Of a DNA stretch of 64,000 bases, positions 27,411 to 36,325 are shown piece after piece; the stretch's first letter is position 1, and each line of letters begins with the position of its first letter. This DNA is from an uncultured delta proteobacterium (lineage in GTDB: Bacteria; Desulfobacterota; Binatia; Binatales; Binataceae). The DNA is taken from the NCBI GenBank assembly GCA_963724765.1, contig CAVRVY010000001.1, positions 832,001 through 896,000 on the forward strand, written 5' to 3'. Position numbers and translations under genes: made by a program. Under the pieces are notes generated by a model. It saw only the letters and a list, made by a program, of their open reading frames with translations, was not told the DNA's origin and did not search any database.

Positions 27411-28865
27411 ATGGCCGAGCAGCGCGCGGTCCGCCAGGCGGCTTCGGGCCGGCACTTCTCTTCAACCGCGCAACCCTGGTTCGCGCGCGCAGTGCTTGCC
27501 GCGGCGATCGTGATCGGGGCTGGCGCGCGCTTCCATCGCCTCGGCCTCGCGCAGATGGACGTCGACGAAGGCGCCTCGTGGGCGGGCGCCTCCGTACCCA
27601 CGCTCGGCGAAGTAGTGGCTATGGAGCGGCGGATCGATCCCGGCAAGCTCGCGCTCTACGACCTCATGCTGCACGAATGGATCGGCGTTTTTGGCGACCG
27701 CCTCTCTGCGATGCGCGCGATGTCGGCCGTTGTGGGGACGATCGCTATCGTGCTGGTCTTTGCCGCCGTGCGTGAAGCCTGCCGCGGCCCCGATGATGCG
27801 GGCGGCGTAACGGTGGGCGAACTTGCGGGCGCGTTTGCCGCGCTGGCCGTCGCGACCAATCTTACGCTGGTGATCTCCGATCGCACGGCGCGAATGTACT
27901 CGCTGACGCTCGCCGCTGAGTTGGCGCAGGTGATTTTTTTTCTGCGCGCGCGGCGCGAGAGCGGATTGCGTAACTATGCCGGCGTCGCCTGCTTCTCGGC
28001 GCTCGCCGTGGCCGCGAATTTCTCCGCGCTGTGTCTGCTGTCGGCAGAGGCTGCGTGGCTCTTGTGGCTGCTGGGTGGATGGCGCGCGGGCGAGGCTATT
28101 GCGCCGCGCCCGGTGCTGCTGGCCGGCCTCTCCGTCACGGCCGGAATGGCGATGCTGGTGCCGGTGCTGATGGCGGTAGCTCCGACCGTAGCGACGGCGG
28201 TTCACGGCGGCATCATCGACTGGATCAAGCCGCGTCCGCTGTGGTGGCCGCTGGTGATGCTCGAGCAATGGACGGGTTGGGAGCTGTTCGCGCCGGTGGC
28301 GGCGCTGGCGGGCTTCGGCGTGTGGCGGCAATGGCGCGGCGCGGAGTCGGCGCCCGCATTTTTTTCGGTCTGGCTGCTGGTTCCGATGGCCGCGGTGGCC
28401 GTGTTTTCGTGGACCGTCATGCCGCTGATGGTGCCGCGCTACCTGCTCGGCAGCCTGGTCGCGTTATTCGCACTCGCCGCTCTGGGAGCGGCCTCGGTGG
28501 AAAACCGTCTCGCGGTGCTGGGCCTCGCGGCGGCGCTCGCCTTCGTTTCCTTGCAGCGCATCCATCGTCATTTCCGCCGGCCGCAGGGCGCGCAATGGCG
28601 CGAGGCGGTCGAACTCGCGCACGCGAGCGCGGGGCCGCAGGGACAAATCGCCGTGGTCCCCTACTACGCGGCCGACGTGGTGCGTTATTGCCTACCTGCC
28701 GGCAGCCATCAACTCGCGGTCGGCTTCGAAGAGGCTTGCGGACCGGCGCGCGTTGCGATTTTAGCCAGCGCGATCTACGTGCCCGATGGCATGACCGCGA
28801 AAGCGCAGGCTTGCTATCCGCGGGTGCTCGCCGAGCTGCGCCATCTCGAAGTGCGTGCGCGTTGA
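27411..28865 (+). CDS. GT-C fold glycosyltransferase (PMT/GT39-like), family P copy 1
   Basis: DEGASW, DPGKLALYDL..H.WI, ARMY, PRY and WREA motifs. About 11 TMs. Confidence 0.8.
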   Translation: MAEQRAVRQAASGRHFSSTAQPWFARAVLAAAIVIGAGARFHRLGLAQMDVDEGASWAGASVPTLGEVVAMERRIDPGKLALYDLMLHEWIGVFGDRLSAMRAMSAVVGTIAIVLVFAAVREACRGPDDAGGVTVGELAGAFAALAVATNLTLVISDRTARMYSLTLAAELAQVIFFLRARRESGLRNYAGVACFSALAVAANFSALCLLSAEAAWLLWLLGGWRAGEAIAPRPVLLAGLSVTAGMAMLVPVLMAVAPTVATAVHGGIIDWIKPRPLWWPLVMLEQWTGWELFAPVAALAGFGVWRQWRGAESAPAFFSVWLLVPMAAVAVFSWTVMPLMVPRYLLGSLVALFALAALGAASVENRLAVLGLAAALAFVSLQRIHRHFRRPQGAQWREAVELAHASAGPQGQIAVVPYYAADVVRYCLPAGSHQLAVGFEEACGPARVAILASAIYVPDGMTAKAQACYPRVLAELRHLEVRAR

Positions 28866-28870
28866 ATCCG

Positions 28871-30343
28871 ATGAGGCAGCGCGTGGCGGTCTTCGATCGA
28901 ATCGTGGCATCCAGCGCCGGTCAGGCGGCGATGCGGACCGCGCGCTCGCCGCGAGCGCTCGCCCTGGGGCTGCTCGCGCTCGCACTGGTGCTCGGCGCGG
29001 CCCTGCGCTTTCACGAGTTAGGGTTGGCCGACCTCAGCGCCGACGAAGGCGCTTCGTGGGCGGCCGCCTCCGCGCCCGGCGTGAGCGAGGTGGTGGCGAT
29101 GGAGCATCAGCTCGATCCGGGCAAGCTGCCGCTCTACGATCTTCTGCTGCATGGATGGATTCGCATCTTCGGCGACAGCGTGTCCGCCATGCGCGGGATG
29201 TCGGCCGTCCTGGGAATGATCGCGATCGTGCTGGTCTTCGCCGCCGTGCGCGAGGTCTGCAGCTCATTGGGCGGGCAACCAGGCGCTGCGATCGGCGAGT
29301 TGGCGGGCGGGTTCGCCGCGCTGATCTATGCTGTCAATTTCATGATGGTAACCTCAGATCGCACGGTGCGGATGTATCCGGTGGCGATGAGCGCGGAGCT
29401 TTTGCAGATTTTTTTTCTGGTTCGCGCGCAGCGCCGGGGCGGATGGCTTAACTATGCGGGCGCGGGAATTTTTACCGCGGCGATGGTAGCGGCCAATTTC
29501 ACGGCGTCGTTCCTGCTGTTGGCCGAGGGGCTGTGGCTTGGATGCCTGCTGGCGGCGAAAGCGTCGGGGGCGCGGGTGGAAGGCCTGGCGATCTTTCGCC
29601 CTGGCGCAGCGCTAACCGCAGGCGTCGCACTGCTCGCGCCATTGCTGCCCGCGGCGCTCGCCTCTTCGCGGCAGGCCGTGGCGATGGGCGCGCTCGACTG
29701 GATAAAGATGCGGCCGATGACGTGGCCCTACCAGGTGCTGTTGAATGCGGCCGGCGGCCGGATGTTGTTCTGGAGCTTCGCGGCGCTGGCGGTTTTCGGG
29801 GCGTGGCGGCAAACGCGCCCGGGGCGCCTGGCCTCGGGTTTTTTCGCCGCGTGGACGGTGGGGCCGATCCTGGGCCTGATGGCGGTGACCTACCTGGTCC
29901 GGCCGTTGGAGTTTCCGCGCTACGCGCTGATCGCTTTCGTCGGGATGTTCGCGCTGGCCGCGTTCGGCGCGGCATCGCTGCGCGGCGTTGCCGTGAGTGT
30001 CGCGCTCGCCGCGGCGTTCATCGGCCTCTCGCTCGGCCGTACCCGTCATGCGATCAAACATCCGCACGAAGCGGCCTGGCGCGAGGCGACCGGACTCGCC
30101 GTCCGGCAGACTGCGCCGGACGAACCGATAGCGGTATTCCCGGAATACTGCAAAAACGTGGTGCGCTATTACGTCAGCGCCGAGCGTCGCGCCACCGTGC
30201 GGGGAGAAAACGCGTGCGGGCCGCCGCGGATACTGATTCTCAGCGGCCGGGATATCCTGGGCAAGGACCAGATCGCCGCGATGGAGAAGTGTTACCCGCG
30301 TCTCATCGAGCGGCTGCGCCTGGTGGAGGTCCGCGCACGTTGA
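28871..30343 (+). CDS. GT-C fold glycosyltransferase (PMT/GT39-like), family P copy 2
   Basis: Same motifs (DEGASW, DPGKLPLYD, VRMY, PRY, WREA). The start is 28871 or a later Met; the ORF-track extension overlaps copy 1. Confidence 0.8.
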   Translation: MRQRVAVFDRIVASSAGQAAMRTARSPRALALGLLALALVLGAALRFHELGLADLSADEGASWAAASAPGVSEVVAMEHQLDPGKLPLYDLLLHGWIRIFGDSVSAMRGMSAVLGMIAIVLVFAAVREVCSSLGGQPGAAIGELAGGFAALIYAVNFMMVTSDRTVRMYPVAMSAELLQIFFLVRAQRRGGWLNYAGAGIFTAAMVAANFTASFLLLAEGLWLGCLLAAKASGARVEGLAIFRPGAALTAGVALLAPLLPAALASSRQAVAMGALDWIKMRPMTWPYQVLLNAAGGRMLFWSFAALAVFGAWRQTRPGRLASGFFAAWTVGPILGLMAVTYLVRPLEFPRYALIAFVGMFALAAFGAASLRGVAVSVALAAAFIGLSLGRTRHAIKHPHEAAWREATGLAVRQTAPDEPIAVFPEYCKNVVRYYVSAERRATVRGENACGPPRILILSGRDILGKDQIAAMEKCYPRLIERLRLVEVRAR

Positions 30344-31770
30344 TGGTCCGGACGCAGGCGGTTGCGCTGCTCGCTCTAGCGCTGATTGTGGGCGCCGGCC
30401 TGCGCTTTTACCGATTGGGGACGGCCGAGCTCAGCGCCGATGAGGCCGCCTCGTGGGCAGGTGCGACCGCGCCCGATCTTCGTGCGGTCGTCGAGCGCCA
30501 GGGGGTGCTCGATCCCGGCAAGCTCGCGCTCTATGACCTCGCTCTGCACGGATGGATCGCACTTGCCGGCGACGGTGTGGGATCGATGCGTGCGTTTTCG
30601 GCCGTGCTCGGCACCGTCGTGATCGCGCTGGTTTTTGCGGCGACGCGCGAGCTGATGCTGGACCTCGGCGGCGCGGCTGAAATCCCGCGTGCCGAGCTTG
30701 GCGCCGCGTTCGCCGCGCTGATCGCCGCCGTGAATCTCACCTTGCTCGACCAGGCGCGCACGGTGCGGATGTATCCGCTGACGCTGGTGATGGAACTGGC
30801 GCAAGCCGTCTGCTTTCTGCGCGCGGTGTCTGTCCGAGCACGAGGTCTGCGCCGTATCGCGAGCCTCGCTGGCACCGCAGTTTTCAGCGCGCTCGCGATC
30901 GCCTCCAACTTCACTGCCGCCCTGTTGATCGCTGCCGAAGCGATGTGGCTCGGGTGGGTGGCGCTGCGCAGGAGCGGTGACGCTCGCGCAACCGCCGCGA
31001 GCGGACTTCATCTCCTGTTCCCGGCGCTGGCGCTTTGTGCCGGGATGGCGCTGCTGGGGCCGATAGCGCCGAGGGCGGGCCGTACATCGATCGCCGTCGT
31101 GCACGCTGGCGTGCTCAACTGGTCTCATCTGCGGCCGCCCTGGTGGCCGCTTGAAATGCTGCGCAGCGCCTCGGGCAAAGCGCCATTCATGCTGCTGCTG
31201 CCGCTGGCGATGTACGGCGGATGGCGGATGGCCCGGGCCGGCGGCGGCGCGGCGCTGGGCTTCGTGCTCTGGTGGATCCTTGCGCCGGTAGCGCTGGTGA
31301 TGGCCGTCTCGTACGCGTTCACTCCGTTCGAGGAGATGCGCTACGTGATTTCGAGCGTGGCCGCGTTCTTTGTCCTGGCGGGGATGGGGTTGGCGGCGAT
31401 CGATGACGCGAGGTTGCGCCTTGGGTTGCTCGTGCTGGTCGTGGCGCTGTCGCTCGACCATGTGCGCCGCGACTTCGCTAAGCCGCGGTATGTTCAATGG
31501 CGCGAGGCCACCGCGCTTGCGCTCGCGGTGGCCCCCCCCGGCGGCACAATCGCCGTGATGCCCGGCTACGCTGTGAACGTGGTGCGCTACTACCTGCCAC
31601 TTGAACGGCGAGCAAACGTCGAGGAGGACAGAGGGCAATGCGAAATGCGCCAACGCGTACTAGTCCTGAGCGGTGCGGAACTGCTCGCGCCCGCAGAGCT
31701 CGCGGCGCTGCGGGATTGCGACCCGCTGGTTGCCGGGCGGTTTCGGCTGGTCGAAGTCCGCAAGCGCTGA
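30343..31770 (+). CDS. GT-C fold glycosyltransferase (PMT/GT39-like), family P copy 3
   Basis: DEAASW, DPGKLALYD, VRMY, MRY and WREA motifs. TGATG coupling with copy 2. Confidence 0.8.
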   Translation: MVRTQAVALLALALIVGAGLRFYRLGTAELSADEAASWAGATAPDLRAVVERQGVLDPGKLALYDLALHGWIALAGDGVGSMRAFSAVLGTVVIALVFAATRELMLDLGGAAEIPRAELGAAFAALIAAVNLTLLDQARTVRMYPLTLVMELAQAVCFLRAVSVRARGLRRIASLAGTAVFSALAIASNFTAALLIAAEAMWLGWVALRRSGDARATAASGLHLLFPALALCAGMALLGPIAPRAGRTSIAVVHAGVLNWSHLRPPWWPLEMLRSASGKAPFMLLLPLAMYGGWRMARAGGGAALGFVLWWILAPVALVMAVSYAFTPFEEMRYVISSVAAFFVLAGMGLAAIDDARLRLGLLVLVVALSLDHVRRDFAKPRYVQWREATALALAVAPPGGTIAVMPGYAVNVVRYYLPLERRANVEEDRGQCEMRQRVLVLSGAELLAPAELAALRDCDPLVAGRFRLVEVRKR

Positions 31771-31809
31771 ACGCGAGGTTGTGATTTCGCCGCGCGCATC
31801 GCGGCACGC

Positions 31810-34095
31810 TTAGGGTTTCGACGGCATGGGAGTCGCCGGCAAACCAGGCTGCGGCACGGCGCTCGGCCGCGCGAGCGATGGTGCCGCATGGGCCGCGCGT
31901 GCGAGTTGGTCGAGCTCGAATACCATCGTCATCAATGCCGGGTCGTCGCCCCGTGGCGGCTTCGCGGAAAGCTTGCGCGGATAGGGAAAATAGATCGCGG
32001 CCGCGTAGGAGCGGTACTTGTCGATGATCGGCTTGAGCGCCGCGTACGAGCCCTGGACCCCGAGCGTAACGCGATGCGATTGCCCGGGCGCGAGCATCAG
32101 GCCGTCCAGCATCAGGCCCGGAGTCGGAGAGCTGCGCAGCAAGGGGCCTCCTACCCAGTTGGGCGGCAGCAAGCCCGCCTGCTGGGCGGCGAGAGGAGAC
32201 AAATCGGCGAGCCGGTGGCCGCCGGCGACGTAGCTGTAGGCCGCGGCGAGCAGAGTGTCGAAGCGGACGGCCGCGGCGCGCGCCTGGAGCATGACCGGAT
32301 CCTCGCTGGGCCATTGCGATCGTATTTGCGCCGGGAGTTTGTAAAGCGTGACGCCGCCGACGTTTTGGGCCGGGACGTCGAGGCCGTCGAGAATTATCTT
32401 CCACACCTCGCGGTCGCGCGGCGCGATCGGACCGCGATGCCAGATGCCCGGGCCCCAAGCATGGCTGACCTCGATTGCGTGGTCGCCCTCGCCGGCGAAG
32501 ATCACCGCGTCCACGTTGTGGCTCTTGAGGAAAGCCCTGAACTGGCCGCCCGCATCGGGAATCGGCGCAACGTCGTACAGTGCGTCGACGATCGGCCAGC
32601 GCTCGTACTCGGCGGGAATCGGCGGCGCAAATCCGGTGTACCCGCCCGCCATCCGGAAATGGAACGCGCAGAGCGCCTGCCACAGCATCCCGTCGCCCTC
32701 GAACCCGTACGGCAGGATGACCACCGTTTCGCCCGGGTGGAGATACTGTCGATAGAGCCCGGCGGAAAAGAATTCGGGCGTCGCCATCGTCGTGGCCCAG
32801 AACGAAGCGTCGAGGCTCGGCAGAAGCGAAAGCGCGATCAGCGTCCCCGCGAGCCATCTGGGAGCTGCGCGATTCGGCGCGCGGGGCGACCCGGTGCTCA
32901 TCCACATCGCGCACAGAATCGCGATGGCGAGGAACATGTAGACCGTCAGCCGCGCCGGCATCGCCTTGGCGATGAGCGGCAAGGTTGAAACGAGCATCCA
33001 GGGCATCGGCACGATGAAACAGCCGCCCACCTGCATCCACGATCCCATCGCGAGCACGCCGATCGCCGCGGCAAACAGGATTAGCAGCCGCACCGCGGGC
33101 TCGTGCCACCTCCGCCATGCCATCGCGATTGCGACTACCAGCGTCAGGCCGAGATAGGCGTCGGTGTCGTAGATCCCGGCGCGGAAGTTCATTGAGATGG
33201 CGCGCATCGCGTCGAGGCGGCCAAGCGCGTTAGTGGGCACGGGCACCACAAAGTTGAGCAAATCGATCGAGCCGGTGTTGGTCGACCAGATCGTGCCATG
33301 GGGGAAACCGAAGGCGAAGAGATAGTAGAGATAAGGCGCAAGCAGAAACATCGCGAGCGCATAGCTGAGCGCGATCGGCGCGATGAGGGCGCGGACACGG
33401 CCGCGATCGCTCTCGCCGGTCACCAGCAGCGCGATCGCGATCGCAATCGCAGCGCTCATCGTCATCGTCGCGAAGGTCTCGATGAAGAGCAAAAATTGCG
33501 CGCACAGTACCAGCGCGAGCAGCATGATGAAGGTTCGCCGGCGGATGCTTGCGTCCAGCGCACGCAAGGTCAGGTACACCGCCAGCGGCAGCATCGGGAC
33601 CATCGCAAGATCGACGTCGCCGAGCAGCTTGCAAAGCAGGTACGGCGAAAAGCCGAAGACGAAACCGCCGAGCAACGCCGGCGCGAACTCGCGCACGATG
33701 TGCCGGCAAAGTATGAACGTGGCCCATCCAACCACCGCCGGGCAGAGCAGGCAGAGGATGTTGTAAGTGGCCACCGCACCCAGCGCGTGAGTGACCGGAA
33801 GCATCAACCACGCGGCGAGCGGGATGTTGGTCGTCCAGGCGAGATTGAAGCCGGCGGGCGCCCACACCGCGTGCGTGAAGAGCGGGTTGACGCGAGCAGC
33901 CAGCGCGTGCGCCCACCAGGCCAGGAACCAGATCGATTGCGGCGGGTCGGGACCGTTGCCGACGTAGAATGAAGACAGGCCGCCGCCTAGCGCGCGCCCG
34001 AAAAAGAGCACCGAGAACGCCAGGTAGATGAGCAATGCGGCGGCCCCGCCGCGCCATCCCGGCGTGCCCGCCGAGACTTCGCCGGATGCGCTCAT
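31810..34095 (-). CDS. Polytopic membrane protein, putative GT-C glycosyltransferase, family M copy A
   Basis: YxGxGxDP...WFLAWW..A...NP...WAP.G.NLAW, about 12 TMs, soluble C-domain with LPYG..G..MLWQA...FRMAGGY. ATGA overlap with copy B. Confidence 0.75.
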   Translation of the reverse strand: MSASGEVSAGTPGWRGGAAALLIYLAFSVLFFGRALGGGLSSFYVGNGPDPPQSIWFLAWWAHALAARVNPLFTHAVWAPAGFNLAWTTNIPLAAWLMLPVTHALGAVATYNILCLLCPAVVGWATFILCRHIVREFAPALLGGFVFGFSPYLLCKLLGDVDLAMVPMLPLAVYLTLRALDASIRRRTFIMLLALVLCAQFLLFIETFATMTMSAAIAIAIALLVTGESDRGRVRALIAPIALSYALAMFLLAPYLYYLFAFGFPHGTIWSTNTGSIDLLNFVVPVPTNALGRLDAMRAISMNFRAGIYDTDAYLGLTLVVAIAMAWRRWHEPAVRLLILFAAAIGVLAMGSWMQVGGCFIVPMPWMLVSTLPLIAKAMPARLTVYMFLAIAILCAMWMSTGSPRAPNRAAPRWLAGTLIALSLLPSLDASFWATTMATPEFFSAGLYRQYLHPGETVVILPYGFEGDGMLWQALCAFHFRMAGGYTGFAPPIPAEYERWPIVDALYDVAPIPDAGGQFRAFLKSHNVDAVIFAGEGDHAIEVSHAWGPGIWHRGPIAPRDREVWKIILDGLDVPAQNVGGVTLYKLPAQIRSQWPSEDPVMLQARAAAVRFDTLLAAAYSYVAGGHRLADLSPLAAQQAGLLPPNWVGGPLLRSSPTPGLMLDGLMLAPGQSHRVTLGVQGSYAALKPIIDKYRSYAAAIYFPYPRKLSAKPPRGDDPALMTMVFELDQLARAAHAAPSLARPSAVPQPGLPATPMPSKP

Positions 34096-36308
34096 TGCGC
34101 TGCCCCGTCGGCCGCCGCTGAAGAACTTTCGTTGCGCGCTCGTGCCGCTGCGCGCGCGAGGCCTTCAGCGTTGAAGGTCATCACGAGCCGTCCTCGAAGA
34201 TCGTCTTCCCCGCCGCGCGCCGGCTGGTCCAGGTCGCGGGGCACAAAGCCGATCGCATCGGCTCGATAATCGCTCAGCACCGCGCGCAACGCCGGATACC
34301 AGCCGGCCACGCCGACCTCGATACGGCCCTGCTCGTCGACGGCGAGCCACATGTCGTCGAGCTGATGCGGATCGTTCGCGTGGCGCGGCAGATTCAGCCC
34401 GCCTTGGTCCCACGGCGGCTCGGTCTTTTTCGGCACGACAATCCATCCGGACGGCATCAACCCCAGCTTGCGAACTTCGGCGGGAGTTAACGCGGCTAGT
34501 GGGCGTCCGTCGTGCAGGTAACTCTCGGCCGCGAGCACGAGCGCCGCGAAGCGCGCCTTGTCCAGGCGCGTTTCCATCGCGAGTGCGGTCGCGTTTTGCC
34601 AGGGAGCGAGTTCCGCTGGTGTCGTGCGATAGACCGTCATCCCGCCCGCCTCGATCGGCGCCGTGCCCAGCGTCGCCATCAGCGGACGCCATACCTCAGC
34701 TTCGCGATCGTCGACCAGGACAGCGGTGGCGCGATGGGTGGCGAGGAAAGCCTTGAGCTGATCGCCGGCGGCGGGAAGCGCGACCGTGCCGACGCGATAG
34801 AAGACCCGCACTATCGGCCATTGACGAAACTCAAGCGGCGGGTTGCCCGCATAGCCCCCCGCCATTCTGAAATACCAGTCGCTTTGAAGTTGCCACATCA
34901 TGCTGTTGCCATTGATGCCGTAAGGCAGCACCACAACCGTCTCTGCGGGCGAGAGATATTTCGCGTAAAGTGCTTCGCGGAAAAAGTTCCGTACGTCGAT
35001 CGCGGACGTCCAGAAGCTCGCGGACAGATTTGGCAGCATCGATGCCACCACTACAAGCGCCGCCACCACGCGGACCCATCGCGATGTGGCGCCACTGTTA
35101 AGCCATAGGGCTGTGATGATGGCTAGCGCGAGGAAGGCGTACAGCATCAGGCGCACCGGCAGCGCCTTGCCGATAAGCGGCAGTGCGCTGACCGCGAGGC
35201 CCGGGAGCGGAATAATCGGCCGCCCGCCGACGACCAGGAACGGTCCGAGCGAGAGCACGACGGCGACGATCAGCACCAGCACGAGCGAGCGGGCCCATCC
35301 TTCGTTCCAGTGACGGCGCGCGAACATTGCGGCGACCAGCATCAGCGGAATGCCGATATAGCCGCCGGCCTCGAAGATAAAGCCGAGAAAGTGCTGCGCG
35401 ATCGCGTGCAGTGGGGCTGCGCGGCCAAGCTCCATCGTGGAGGTCGGGATCACCAGGTTGAGCAGATCGCTCGAGTAGAGCAGCGGGGGATGCTGCGTGC
35501 CGGGTTCATAGCCCAGAGCGACCATGAAGTAGAAGAGCGGGCTCAAAGACACCAATGCGATCACATAGCTGAGCGCGACGGTCGGCAGAAGATTCACCGC
35601 TCGCGTTTTCTCGGCGCTCGAACCGGCCACCAGCACCACGATGAACGCGATGCCCGTGAACAGGGTCATCGTCGCGAACAGCTCGATGAACATCAAAAAC
35701 TGTGCGACCAGCACGAGCGCCAGCCCGGCGACCAGCGCCCGCCACGCGATATCCGCCCGGAAACCCCGAATCAGCAATAACGTGAACAATGGGATTGGAA
35801 AGATCAGCAGCAGATCGAGGTGAGCAAGGGTCTGGCCGAGCATGTAGGCGGAAAAGCCGAGGATGTAGCCGCCAACCAGCGACGCGCAATACGCGCCGGT
35901 CAGGTAGCGGCACAGAACGAACGCGGTCCAGGCGGCCAGTGCGATCGCGAGCAGGCAGAGCAGGTTGTAGATCGCAATCGGTCCCGTGATAGTGGCCGGC
36001 GCGGCCGCGATCAGGCTCGCCAGCGGCATCGAAGTGGCCCAGGCGAGATTGAGACCGTGCGGAGCCCAAATCGCGTCGGTGAAAAGCGGATTGAGACCAT
36101 GCGACAGGGCATGCGGCCACCACGCCATCAGCCACATCAACTGAGGTGGATCGACGCCCTTGCCGATATAGGCAGTCGAGAAGCGCCCGTCCAGGCCGCG
36201 GGCGAAAAAGAGCGCGGCCAGCACGAAATAGAAGGCAAGTGCGCAGAGACCTCGAAGGTCGAACGCCGAGCGCGGTCGCCGAATCCTTTCTGCCATCGAT
36301 GCCACCAT
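34092..36308 (-). CDS. Putative GT-C glycosyltransferase, family M copy B
   Basis: Same motif set. Start placed at MVASMAER; the longer ORF-track extension overlaps copy C. Confidence 0.75.
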   Translation of the reverse strand: MVASMAERIRRPRSAFDLRGLCALAFYFVLAALFFARGLDGRFSTAYIGKGVDPPQLMWLMAWWPHALSHGLNPLFTDAIWAPHGLNLAWATSMPLASLIAAAPATITGPIAIYNLLCLLAIALAAWTAFVLCRYLTGAYCASLVGGYILGFSAYMLGQTLAHLDLLLIFPIPLFTLLLIRGFRADIAWRALVAGLALVLVAQFLMFIELFATMTLFTGIAFIVVLVAGSSAEKTRAVNLLPTVALSYVIALVSLSPLFYFMVALGYEPGTQHPPLLYSSDLLNLVIPTSTMELGRAAPLHAIAQHFLGFIFEAGGYIGIPLMLVAAMFARRHWNEGWARSLVLVLIVAVVLSLGPFLVVGGRPIIPLPGLAVSALPLIGKALPVRLMLYAFLALAIITALWLNSGATSRWVRVVAALVVVASMLPNLSASFWTSAIDVRNFFREALYAKYLSPAETVVVLPYGINGNSMMWQLQSDWYFRMAGGYAGNPPLEFRQWPIVRVFYRVGTVALPAAGDQLKAFLATHRATAVLVDDREAEVWRPLMATLGTAPIEAGGMTVYRTTPAELAPWQNATALAMETRLDKARFAALVLAAESYLHDGRPLAALTPAEVRKLGLMPSGWIVVPKKTEPPWDQGGLNLPRHANDPHQLDDMWLAVDEQGRIEVGVAGWYPALRAVLSDYRADAIGFVPRDLDQPARGGEDDLRGRLVMTFNAEGLARAAARARNESSSAAADGAAQ

Positions 36309-36325
36309 GAGCGCGCGTGGGCGGA

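Noticed and set aside
28031-30342. Long N-terminal extensions in the ORF track (also 22992, 29533 and 36809 starts) suggesting fusions or overlapping genes
   Set aside because: The extensions are low-complexity off-frame readings of the neighbouring gene. Paralog alignment and stop/start coupling define shorter starts.
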